This document shows, piece after piece, positions 23,859 through 49,063 of a stretch of DNA of 64,000 nt. The notes under the pieces are model-generated. The model made no database searches and was not told the DNA's origin. It saw only the letters and a program-made list of their open reading frames with translations. The position numbers and the translations under genes were made by a program. The stretch spans positions 13,888,001-13,952,000 of the forward strand of contig JBHGNT010000017.1 in assembly GCA_043228905.1 (NCBI GenBank). Reading direction: 5' to 3'. The first letter of the stretch is position 1. Each line of letters starts with the position of its first letter. Source of the stretch: Azolla caroliniana. Lineage: Eukaryota > Plantae > Polypodiophyta.

Positions 23859-24884
23859 TACTTTAGGAGCACAATGTACAATTATGATGAATTATGTTGG
23901 AATTATATAAGTACTTGAAGGAACATACTTAAAAAGATTTTAGTACATTTGAGCACATTGGACGTGCCATTAGAACCCACCGTTCATTTACATGTTTAAA
24001 TAGTTAGTTTTGAAATGATTGTACTCAAAATGCTTCTACCTTAGTCATGGGAAAAAACATGGTTGCTTGAATTACTCAAGCTTTTACACCTTCATGTTGT
24101 CATCCTCATTGCATTTAAACCATAAATGTAGTCCTTGTAAAAAGGAGAATCGTGATTTTACTTAAACCATAAATGTTGTTCTTTTGGAAGGAGAACCTTC
24201 ATCTGGCTCATTCTTTTGCAATTCCATGCTCACCACCTCAAGTAGTCATTTAGATAACAAACACGTTCACCCATTATACTAATTCTACCATCTAATTTAA
24301 TTTGATAATAAGATATACATACATTATGCAATTCCATCCTTACCTATTGGCAACATCACAATTTGTTCTTGGATTCTTCTTCTTTGTGGGTCACCTATGG
24401 CATGTTTGTGATAGGGACAATCGACAAATGTATGGTTTTAGTAGTGTGCTTGCCAATGGGTGTTGGAATGGTTAGTTACCAAACTCACACTTTTCCTTCT
24501 CCAATCATATAATGAATTGAAATCACATGCATAAAAAGGTCCAATGTTCCCTTTGAAGATCAAGAGAAACACTAATGAATAGAGAAAGTTCCACATTCTA
24601 TTGACACTTTTGACTTAAAATCTTACACATTAGGATAAACAAACAAAGTCGAAATGCTCCAATTGAAATATTGAGAACTTGCACAACAACATTTAAACGA
24701 AGGTGAACTTCAACATTGTATTAAGGCTTACAAATTTTACACATTGGAAAGTTGACCGAGTATAAATAGACAATAATTACATACTTTTTTGTTCTACATA
24801 TGTATTTACGACACTCTTCTATTCATATATAAGAGATATATTTATTCAAGATCCTTCAAAGAGAAAGTGGATGGATTTGATCTA

Positions 24885-26734
24885 TTAATTATTGGATGTA
24901 TCACTAGGACTAGTTCGATACTTCGATTCATCTATTTCAATGCCTTGTTCCTTCGCAGCCTCCTCTCCCGATTGGCCTGTGCGTGCCAACCCGCCTTTCC
25001 TCCCCATCTCTTGATAACCTTCCTTCCCAATTTGTGCTGCCCTTGTTTGTCCACCCTTATGTGCCCCTTCTTTCACATGCTCCTAAGCACATTCCAAATA
25101 CTTTTTACCATCCAATATGTAGCGATAGTAAATAATATGGCTTTTAAAACACATTTCATCAACAAGTAGCTAATAATACGGCTTTTAAAACACATTTCAT
25201 CAGAAATAGATTGTATACATAGACATGATCAAACACAAAACAATGCTTTGTTTGTGACAAATGGCCACATCTTGGATGCCTCTCCAAATTTTACTCTTAT
25301 TAACAAGAAAAACAATCAATCATCAACCAAATGACATAAAACCAAACTCTTACCTACCAAATAGTTACACAAGTTTTGCAAAAAACCATTCTTTTCGCAA
25401 ATGTTTGCCCCACACACACATTCATTAAAGCAAGTGAAGTAAACCTATCTCCCCCAATTCTCAAGTTCTTTCAAGTCGATGAAACATGCAACAACCAAAT
25501 TGCCAAGATACAAGACAAAATCAAGTTTCAAGTTCCATAGTCAACTTTATTCTCAATACATAAAGTTCCAGGTTGTATATTCAACCTCTATACAACCTTA
25601 TTATTCTCAGTTACCATTGTCCAAAAGTACACATCACGTACAATTTTACTTTGTATGACAACAAAAAGACAATATTTTAACAACTGATCTCAGGAAAAAC
25701 ATGAAGCTCTAAATTGTATGGCCAATGAAATTCATTATCAAATTTATGAGCAAATTTATCAAAATGTACACGACATCCATGCAAACATTGGCAAGAAACA
25801 CTCTCCAAATCCGTTCATACACAATTCTTCCACAAGTTCACACAACTACCAATTACATTAATACATTAAACACACGCAAATAGCAAGAAAATAACAAAAT
25901 CTAACAACATCACTATCAATGAGTACTAACAACAATCACATTGTTGATGAGCATGAGAACAATTTGTTACAACATGAACCCTAATCCTTTGAAATCAATC
26001 AACAAGTTGAAAGGGGGCAAACAAGTCTTTAAACACATGGGGATGGATCCTCATAAAAACATGGATGTAATTAAGAGTAGTTCCAAAGCAATGATGTTAG
26101 AATTAGAAAACACTTTTAAGTATAAAATATAAAGAAATTCGGAATACATCCTAATTAAGAATTTTTGTTTGTATACATCTTAATTAAGAAATTCTGATTA
26201 CATCTTCATTGAGATATTAAACAACATCGTTGTTGTTTTATTTGTTTGGACCACAATATGATTAATGAATTCGTATCCTGATTACCAATCGAGAAAGTTA
26301 ATGCAAATCAATGCACGAGTATTAAAAGTTTCGGATCACATCTTAAATTAAGAAGCTCTTGATTTATCACCTAATTGTTTTTAGACCAGAATCTGATTAA
26401 TGAATTTGAAATTCCGATTATTACTAATCAAGTAAGCTAATCCATAAAACTAATCCAAAAAGGTGACAGCATCAAATTGAAGCAAATCAAAGATCAGAGT
26501 CATTGAACATGGATGGTGAGCAAAAACACAGAATTAAAAGAAGAACGAAACAGAGCAGAGGGCATGGATCCTTGAACAGAGGGAGAAAAGAACAGGAAGA
26601 TTTAAACTGTGTGTCTGTATGTGGATGTGGAGATTTGAGAGCTTTACATAGGCTTCTTTGGAGGTGTAGGCGAGGCCTTGCTTGTCAGGGTCATCGGAAG
26701 GGAGATGGGTTCCTGAGAGATTGGGCAGAGACAT
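24885..26734 (-). CDS. Group 1 LEA / Em-like small hydrophilic protein; exons 26734-26648 and 25082-24885
   Basis: Spliced product MSLPNL...TSKEAY|EHVKEGAHKGGQTRAAQIGKEGYQEMGRKGGL...GIEIDESKY contains the Em 20-mer; phase-0 GT-AG intron. Confidence 0.85.
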
Positions 26735-26835
26735 GGTCTGCAAAACCTCAGAAATTAAAATATGAAAAACAAACAAGATCAAGAAGAAGAAGAAGAAGAA
26801 GAAAGGAAGCAGAGAAACAGAGAGAGAAAGGATTG

Positions 26836-26980
26836 AACTATATAAAGAGAGGAAGAAAACAGAAAAAGACTCTCTTTTTTTTTTCTTTTGGTAATGGATA
26901 AGGTTAAGAGAGACACGCGGCTCCATTTCTAGAAACAAATCTCTTGCATTTTTAGAACAAATCTCTGGTTGCAACACGTA
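26836..26980 (-). promoter_or_regulatory. Em promoter: TATA box, CE3-like and ABRE-like elements
   Basis: TATATA near 26840; CCGCGTGTC at 26912-26920; TACGTG at 26975-26980, as expected for ABA-induced LEA genes. Confidence 0.55.
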
Positions 26981-27022
26981 GAGAGCCTGTCTGGTTTCTC
27001 TATCATCACCATCCATCACCAT

Positions 27023-27203
27023 AAACCCTAAACCCTAAACCTTAAACCCTAAACCCATCACTATCATCACCATCCCCCATCACCACCCCAAATCCGGAAA
27101 ACATGTCTAGAGACACACGCGCCGATTGTTTGATTTACCTTTGCGCAAAATGTTCGATCGGTGCTTGCACCCAAATGACCCCAAATCCTAAACCCTAAAC
27201 CCT
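27023..27203. repeat. Short interstitial telomeric (AAACCCT)n tracts / telo-boxes
   Basis: About 5 units at 27023-27056 and about 3 at 27183-27203. Confidence 0.8.
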
Positions 27204-27879
27204 ATTGTTAGTGTCTAGAACTAGCGTAGGACAGATCATCGGAGGGACATCTCGATCGAGCGTCCCTCGTCCGTCGGATGAATAAACAAATAAACAAATT
27301 TGGGTTTCGGTCCTTGGTACTTCTGTTGGTTGTTGGAAGGGGGGGGGTCACTAGTTGGGTTTCCGCTAGGCCTCGATAGAGGTACTCTGGTTTGATCCGA
27401 TGCTCTCTTTAGAAATTCGCTGATGAAAGTTAACGAGAATCCATGAATTTGTGAAAGAGAAACTTGATGTGGTAGTACAAAATATTGCCCCATCTAGTCA
27501 ACCTAGGAGGCTAAGCAAGTAAGGAGTATATAGGTCCAAAGGTGCAAGTTGTAAGGCCCAAATGACATGGGCATGCTTTGTGCGTCCCCATCTAAGGTTT
27601 TCGAAATGCATGATTTTATAAAGAGGCCCGATGGAATAGCAAGAACTTGTAACTCTCGATATGTCCAATAAGGTTAGGTCGAGTCAAATAAATTCTTAGG
27701 TCAAGTCCCCACCCACGTAACTCATACACCATTCTTAAAGGGTTGGACAATGTGGAGAGTCGGCCCTCGTAACCACTACTTAATTCATGGAGAACCCGAC
27801 TAGATAATTTTAAGAACATTTATCTATTGAAAGAGTATGGTCTAGTCAAGTGTGTAAGAACTTGCTTTCTCTCCCGGAT

Positions 27880-28935
27880 CAAGTCAAGTCAAGTTAAGTA
27901 AAATTAAAACACAAAGAAGAGTCAAGAGAAGTACATTCTCTTGTAATTCATAACATTCAATGGATTCCATTTCTAGAAGAGTTTAGAATCAGGTCAAGTC
28001 AAGTAAAAAACCAAAGAATAGTCAAGGCAAGTAAAAACTAGAAGAGCACGTTCTCTTGTAATTCATAACATTCAATGGACTTCAATTTCTAGAAGACTTA
28101 AAGAATTGTTTCTTCAGGTCAAGTCAAACCAGGTCAAACTCAAAGAAGAGGCAAGGTGGGTCAAAGGCAAGTCAATTAGAAGGTCAAATTCTGTTATATA
28201 CATATGTAGTTCATAACATTGAATGGACTTCCATTTCTAGAAGACTTAAAGAATTGTTTCTTCAGGTCAAGTCAAATCAGGTCAAACCCAAAGAAGAGTC
28301 AAGGTGGGTCAAAGGCAAGTCAATTAGAAGGTCAAATTAGTTATATACATAAGTAGTTGATAACATTCAATGGACGTTCATTTCTAGAAGACTTAAAGAA
28401 TCGTTTCTTCAGGTCAAGTCAAATCAGGTCAAAACCAAAGAAGAGTCAATATGGATCAAAGTCAAGTCAATTAGAAGGTCAAATTCTGTTATTATGTATA
28501 CATAAGTAGTTCATAACATTCAATGGACTTCCATTTCTAGAAGAGTCAATATGGATCAAAGTCAAGTCAATTAGAAGGTCAAATTCTGTTATATACATCT
28601 GTAGTTCATAACATTGAATGGACTTCCATTTCTAGAAGACTTAAAGAATTGTTTCTTCAGGTCAAGTCAAATCAGGTCAAACCCAAAGAAGAGTCAAGGT
28701 GGGTCAAAGGCAAGTCAATTAGAAGGTCAAATTAGTTATATACATAAGTAGTTGATAACATTCAATGGACGTTTATTTCTAGAAGACTTAAAGAATCGTT
28801 TCTTCAGGTCAAGTCAAATCAGGTCAAAACCAAAGAAGAGTCAATATGGATCAAAGTCAAGTCAATTAGAAGGTCAAATTCTGTTATTATGTATACATAA
28901 GTAGTTCATAACATTCAATGGACTTCCATTTCTAG
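27880..28935. repeat. Tandem array of about 147-bp units with a roughly 395-bp higher-order duplication
   Basis: TT(C/G)ATAACATT recurs at about 27947, 28062, 28210, 28357, 28510, 28605, 28752 and 28905. Confidence 0.9.
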
Positions 28936-28955
28936 CAGAGGAATGAGTAGTCTCC

Positions 28956-29555
28956 ATGGATGAAGACTTTCGATCTGCTCTGAGGGAATGGCAGCCACTG
29001 ATTCGGATCCTACTCGGCCTTTCACCATCATCATCATCTCCTGTGGGATCAGCCATTGATTGGGTGAGATCGCATGGCTTCTCTGCCCCTGTTCCAGACC
29101 CGCAGCAGAGAAGAACATGCCTCTCCACTCGGCTATGGCGACTCCTCCCACATCTCCTCTCCGTTAAGGTCACTGTTGCTAGCTCTTCCGACAGCTGCTT
29201 CCATGACCAAGAAGGACATGCACAGGAGGAGAAGAAGATCAAGAAAAGGCCCAAAACTTCAACAACCCTAGGCAAGTGAGGGCTCGAATCTTTTTACAGT
29301 ATGTTCTTGTGTTCTCTTCTCTTGTGGTTTGTGTGTGTTTCTTTGGGGGAAGTATGTGTGTGTGTGTTTGAAAGAAAGAAATGCTCACTACTAAAGCTAT
29401 TTGTCTATACAGTAGTTATCTTTTCTTGTTTCCCTCTTTGTTTTCGGATTCTTATCAAATGATCCCGGGCAAAACCTCGGATGTAGAGATTGAATCTCTT
29501 GATTGTAGCTTTGAAGTTGCTCCGTTGATAGTCTAATGAATTGATCAAATATCGA

Positions 29556-29633
<78 letters not shown>

Positions 29634-32452
29634 TCCGAACCCTCAGTACATATGAGCTATACAACGGAATAGCAATCCAGCGCGTTAGACCTCTCCGCCA
29701 AAACAGTATATAGGCCAAAACAATGTTCCTTGAGACCCACCAACAGATTGTAACTGAAATCATTGTTCTGCCTATACAGACAATGAATGGAACAAAAGAA
29801 GACATGATGAAACAATGTAAAAGTCGACAAGACCAATGTATGCAAGAGTCCAAACCTTTAGTGAAATTCTGTGTACTAAAATAAAGATGCATTACAAAAG
29901 AAAGTTACAAGAGCGATGTGGATTTGCAGCATCGGGAGCTCATATGGAAACACGGGGAAAAGCGGACATACTTTAAAATCCTTGAGAGGCTAAAAACATG
30001 TCTCATAGAACCAGAAGAAACGTGTGAAGCACTTTGTGACTATCATAATATAAGTAGGATACAAAAAACAACAATAAATCATAGGGGCTCAAGATATCCA
30101 GACACAATGGCAGAGGGGATACGGGCAACTCTCTTTGGAGTTTCTGCAAATGCCAAAATTGGTGGAAATACATGATAATGGAAGGCTGGTTAAGTAAAAA
30201 CCCCTTCAAATCGAAAGATTTAGTTTGGTATAAGTTGGTGGGTGGGTTTCTGGTTGTTGCTACCGTCTCAAAATGCAGCATTTCAAATGGTTCCTGGTTC
30301 GTTTGTACTACACAGCCGAGAATACTTGTTTCGATATGTTTTGATCGGTCCCAGTGACACAAGTGTATGGTCTCTACTATCCAAAGTGTCCAGGAAATCA
30401 GGCATCTGCATAATTGGATTTGTGGCAAACTGAAACTAGAAGTCTCTGTGCAATCATGTGTGGTGGTTGTCATTCACTTTTTGTGGTTCAGGGGCTGTCG
30501 CCATAGTTGGACTAACTCGAATGCATTTATCTTTGATTTCCATCACAGGATGTAGTCATATTTACTCTTTAAGAGGTTTCCTTCACTGGCAATTCGAATC
30601 ATGTTACCAAGGATGACTTGGCTCCTTGGCATGCAACTGTCTCGTTGGGTTGTTTGTTTGACATGTAGTTTTTTGGGGATTTTATGTACACCATACTCGT
30701 TAATACAGCTACTCACTAAGAGAGAGAGACAAAGAGTGAAATTATGCATGCAGTTGTCTATGGATGGAAACCTTGCCCACCATAGCCCAAACGAACATCC
30801 TTTCTTTCCTCATAGAAGAACACCATATGTTCCATGCCAAGGACCTCGAGTTTCTCGCTCTACATATTCTCTCAGCTGCTCAACTTGATTTTTGGGTTCA
30901 ACATGCCGCAGAAACTCTCCTCTTGACTATCAGAGGGTCTGGGGACAAGCTCATCGAAGGTAAAATCGTCTCATTGTTTTTGGTTGTTTATATCAAATTT
31001 GTGAAAAAAAACTGGCTCACTACTGGTCATGTTTTACTTTGTCTCTTGCATTCAGTTGTCAAGATAAAAGTGGGGAAATACTAAAGTACCTAAATTTAAA
31101 AAATGAGACTAAAATACCCCCTCTTTGTAGTAATATATTTGTACTACAGATGCATGTTTTGGTACTGTTTGAAGACTTATCAGTATGTTTGCAAATATTC
31201 AAAAAGCTAGGGGTAATATGGTGGTTGGTCCTATAACAAACTGACTAAAGAAAAAAAATTGGTTTATTGCTTAAAATGCTTTATCTTATGTGATGTAGTG
31301 AAGGAGCCAATAGCTATTCCATTGCCTGGTTGGCTTCTTCACTATAAGGAACAGCCTCCTGTTCTCCCATGGTTACCATCATCCTACTCAAACAAGTGCA
31401 TTGAAAAGAACATTGTTGAGGCACCAAAAACTGGCCCTGGGGATATCCCACACAATTTGAATGATGCCCAATGCCATCGAAAAGATATTGAACACCATGT
31501 AAACGATGTCAAATGTTATGTGGATGAATGCATTCTAGACAAAGAAGAGAAGGAGAAAGAGCACCTTGATGATGGCGAGGCTTTGCAAAATGAAGACGAG
31601 ATTATTGCATTACAGACCCCACCATGTGTTGATGAGGGCCGAAAAGAACCCTCTCCAACCGGTCATGGCGTTGATTTACATGCGCTTGCTCAGTCCTTAA
31701 GAGAGGCTTGGCTTGAAAGACAACCAACCTCAGATGACTTGGAAGTTTTGCATGCATTATCAGATCCAGTCGCCTTTCTTGACATATTGATGCCATGGAC
31801 AATGGAAGATGATTTTCTGCTTGATGCATTAGATATTCTTATGACCAAAGATAGTGGGTATCTCTGGTCGTCGCAAATTATGAGTTTCTTTCTTCTACCA
31901 AAGGTCTTACATTTAGAGATTCCGGCTTCACGATTTCTAACTTCAGCGGTTATGCAAGCTGCACGAGTTCACACACGGGCAGCCATTGATGCTCTATTTC
32001 TTCCTTTGGTGCTTATCAAGAAAGGGCTTAACGAAGCTCAATGTGATGTTATGAACCGTGTTGTGAAGGAATGTATGGCAGATCATCATCTATTGTCCTT
32101 TTGTGAGAAGGTGTTTATAAAGAACAAAAGGCATTTATTGCCTTTCACTCCTCCTTTTCAAATATTGTGCACAACAAGGCTTGTCTGGACCGAACCTGTG
32201 TGCTCGATTATTCAAAGTATTTTGAGCCGAATGGTATCAGTTGATGAAGAGTTGCTTAGTGTGATCATTAATGCTTGCAGTGAGGAAGTAGGAAGTTTGT
32301 CAAAGTCCTTGAAATTCAGTAACTTGCTTTTATGCATTATCTCAAGGTTCGGACCATGTTTGAAACCATATAGGTCCATGATTCAAAGGGTTTGTCAAAG
32401 AACTCAAACTTTCATGACAACATCTTTGATAACTAAGTCTTCGGCTTTGTGA
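28956..32452 (+). CDS. FANCE: Fanconi anemia group E protein homolog; exons 28956-29275, 30754-30959, 31299-32452 (559 aa)
   Basis: WQPLIRILL N-terminus; WMETLPTIAQTNILSFL...DFWVQHAA; LLPKVLHLEIPASRFL, LSKSLKFSNLL and TQTFMT C-terminal motifs; splice phases join in frame. Confidence 0.85.
29557..29630. repeat. (GA)n microsatellite
   Basis: Directly visible in FANCE intron 1. Confidence 0.95.
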
Positions 32453-34821
32453 CCTCATAGTAGGTATAGCTTCTTTGCTTGTTTCAAAAATGTAATGAGA
32501 TGTAGATATATGGTGAGCTTGCAGAGATCCTAGTTTCAATATTCTTTTCATATGAATTTAGAGTTAGAAAGGAATTTTCTTTTAGTTGAAATTGTTGATT
32601 TTAAGCTTTACAATTTTATGAACTATGTGGTTTGGCCTCTTGAGTATGAGAGGCGTTTACATCAATTCGATTGTGGATTCCATAATTCCAGATTTTTTAA
32701 GTGAATGCAAGTTAGATTTGTGTAAATAAAATAAATGTAACGAGAAAAAATAAATTAGCTTGAAGAAATTTCAGAAGTTAATTTAGTTTTCCAGATTACA
32801 TAAGAGGTCGTTTATCTCAATTAACTTTTGCTTGCTAGGTCCAATTAACTTTTACATAAGAAATTTCAGAAGTTAATTTAGTTTTCCAGATTACATAAGA
32901 GGTCGTTTAGCTTTCATTTATGTTTATGCATTAACATATTAGTGTCTTTGTGATTAATTATATAATACTTGAATTTTTGAATTTTTAAGATTCTCAAGAG
33001 TTTAAAAGTAATGGGTTCCTACATAAATCTACTTGATGCTGTAATGTTGGAGAGGGACATATGGATACAAATAATTTAAATATTTTTTTCTTTTTGAAAA
33101 AAAAAAGTTACTACTCTTTATGAAGAGCACTAAGATCATATCTTTGTATCATAATTGGGATTATTTTTTGGATTCGGCAAATGGCTCAATTCAACCTAAG
33201 ATTTATGTAATGGTTGAATAATTTCAGTAGCTAATGCCACCAATTTTTTGCATTTCAATGGAGGTGAGATAAAAATGCCCAAGCACAATATTTAGAAGCA
33301 AAATTAGAAGATTGATTTGTTAAACAAATGAAAAAAACAAAGGTCTTTTAAAAGAGTATATGAGAAACCTTGCAAAGAATATTCAAGCTTTGCATTCAAA
33401 CCTAACATAAAGGCAACATTTGAGAGGGTTCATTTATTAGGATATTTATTTAATTCCCATACCTCCTAATATCTTTTGGGGTTCCTTGATAATCTGAACA
33501 TACTTTTGATGGAGTTTTTCTAACATATTTGGCTATCATAATACATGGCTCCCTTTTTGTCCAATTACTTTAGACTCGGATCCAAAAATTGTTTCATGTT
33601 TTCCGACGTATTCTGCAATTTGGCTATCATAATACATGGCTCCCTTTTTATCCAAATACTCTAGACTCACATCCCAAAATTGTTTCATGTTTCAAGCATG
33701 TTTTGCAATCCCTTTAACATAACCTTCTTCCAATAGATTTCGTCTAATGTATCTATAGTTGCTATTAGATGGAACCGAAATTTCTCAATTTAGTATTTTC
33801 TATAACTAGAAGTTGTGAAACATTTTTTGCTTTGGTTTGTTTGAAGCTCTTAGTTGAATGTTTGCTTCTACCTTTAAGATGTATGCCAAAGGTAGTTGCA
33901 CTTCATAGCAGATGTGAATATTCACTTCAATTTTTACAATAGTCAAACTATTTTAAAGACACGAGAGAAGATTTTGGTGGATAACCTAGATTTGGTATGG
34001 CGAGTCTAAAATCAAGGGGCACATCACCCTGGTTATTGTCGGTACTAAGCTTCCCACATGCCCCTATGATTTAGTTTGTCAACAAAGCCTAGGCATCGAA
34101 TTCCCCAAACTAGCAAACTAGACAATGAGTTCTCTTGCTCATTAGATAACTTTCGAGAGCTCTGTTAATGCCAAGCATGGCTGCTAAATGTCAAGGCATT
34201 ATCACATCGGTTCACTCCCTACATATATGATGGAAGGGTGAGGTGCATCCACTCAAACAACATTGAGAAGTTGAATGATTATGGTTGCATCATTTCACTT
34301 CTTTTCTTTTCTTCTTAGCCAACTACTAGTTTGTGGTCCTAGTTGAAATGATGGTTACAATCCATTAGTGTCATCGGGTTTCAACTCTGAGGAAACAATT
34401 TTGTCAAAATGGATAAGGAAAGAAAAGGTTGCTTCAACATGGGTTCCTAGAACAAATCCAATGGGGACAAAGGTCTGGAGTTGTTGAAATTCAAAATTGT
34501 CATTAGCCTCAAGTGTTAATTTCCCCAACAACTATATGCCTTTTTGGTCTTCCAAATGATTCTTTTGATAGTGAAATTATGAAGAATTTTGGTATTACCA
34601 TTGTTGTTGAGCAAATGTTGGACGTTGACATGTATATGAAGATACTACTTTGTGGTGGTTATTTTACTATCTTGAGGGGAATCAATATTCACAATGCCTT
34701 ATTCAAGCAATCCCACCTTTGGGAAAACATTCTGGCAACAAGAACGATTGTTTGTTCACATTGTTCCCTTGAAGACTTGTCAACTTAGCCTCATTTTCGA
34801 GAATATTCACGTGTTATTTCT

Positions 34822-40336
<5,515 letters not shown>

Positions 40337-40339
40337 TTT

Positions 40340-41100
40340 CTATTAGATAAAAAACTGATCGATATATCCACGAGCATGTTGATTCGAGATCTCCACAAAG
40401 GTCTTGGAGATGGGTTGGTGGAAGAAACAAGAAAGAATGATGTAATAGGGAATAATGAGATTTTGCTTGTAGAGGTTGCACCATCTTCTTTGTAGTTCTT
40501 GATTGAAGTTTACGGCGACCCTTAACTCATTGAGTGCTCTACATCAAACCATGAAAGTTATATGCTCTATTTCAATAGATTTCACGTGAAGAAATAAGAC
40601 CATTATGTGAAACCACACTCCTAGATAGTGTGCATGATAAAGGGCTCATAGTACTTGCCTACTTTCTACTTCAGGAATTGTATAAGCATCTGAAATAGAA
40701 TATTTTAGGTCAACTTCAACGGGAATTGCGGAGTCTATCTTCATGGCTACCATCAATGCCACTTTTGTAATCAGTAGTGCAAGTTCATTTGGATGGACAA
40801 CGAGGGATTCAACGTTTGTACAATCCGTAACAAAAGCAAGCAAGAAAAACACATTCCTTTGCAAGCATGAAACACACGCCTAGCCCAAGGAAGAAGCCCT
40901 TGATGAGTATTTAGCACGATGAACCGGTTCATTGTAGCTCGAGCAACGTAAGCTTTCCCCGAGATCCCAAGTCTTCTCCAAAAGGGTATATATCTCCATA
41001 GCCATCGTTCGACACGACAGGACCTTTGGTGTTTTTGTCTATGGAAAAGACGAACATAGCACAAAAGCAAGCCCGAAGCGAGAACCCATATGTGATGACA
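40340..41100 (-). mobile_element. Possible decayed LINE-like relic interrupted by the copia (continuing at about 33300-34820)
   Basis: Broken coding-like frames with weak similarity to LINE ORF1/endonuclease (GMCFSC; HIVVGEIN near 34530); not conclusive. Confidence 0.3.
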
Positions 41101-41154
41101 TAAAGTTTAACGACGAATCGAAAACAACACGGACAGAAAGAGAAAACAATGATG

Positions 41155-41492
41155 CAGACACACGCTCACACACACCCACACCCACTCACACACCCACACA
41201 ATCATACTCTCTCTCACACACACACACCCACACACTCATACTCTCTCTCTCACACACCCACACCCACACCCACACACTCATACTCTTTCTCTCTCTTTCT
41301 CTCTCTCACACACACACACACCCACACCCACACACTCATACTCTTTCTCTCTCTCTCTCTCACACACACACACCCACACACACACCCACACACTCATACT
41401 CTTTCTCTCTCTCTCTCTCACACACACACACCCACACACACACCCACACACTCATACTCTTTCTCTCTCTCTCTCTCTCTCACACACTCATA

Positions 41493-41523
<31 letters not shown>

Positions 41524-41525
41524 TC

Positions 41526-41602
<77 letters not shown>
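41155..41602. repeat. Compound (CA)n/(CT)n microsatellite with recurring CACACTCATACTCT junctions
   Basis: Directly visible, upstream of MetRS. Confidence 0.95.
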
Positions 41603-41606
<4 letters not shown>

Positions 41607-41756
41607 TCTTATCTCATCAAACCACTAACAACACAAGCTTTTGTTTTTGTTCTCTTTCTCTCTTCTTCTTCTTCTTCTTCTTCTTCTTTCTTCATAGAAG
41701 AGAAGAGAAGAGAAGAGAAGAGAGATTGTTGTTGTGTATGTGTTGTTAGGCAAGCC

Positions 41757-49004
<7,248 letters not shown>

Positions 49005-49021
49005 TTTTGTTTGTTTACATT

Positions 49022-49063
<42 letters not shown>

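Noticed and set aside
29272-29277. GC-AG intron donor in FANCE (AG|GCAAGT)
   Set aside because: Its phase does not match exon 2; the GT at 29276 keeps the frame.
32760-33710. Small local duplications (about 95-bp period at 32763/32858; about 92-bp at 33528/33620)
   Set aside because: Ordinary slippage-type duplications with no further structure.
41149-41628. 159-aa His/Thr/Ser-rich ORF
   Set aside because: Microsatellite translation.
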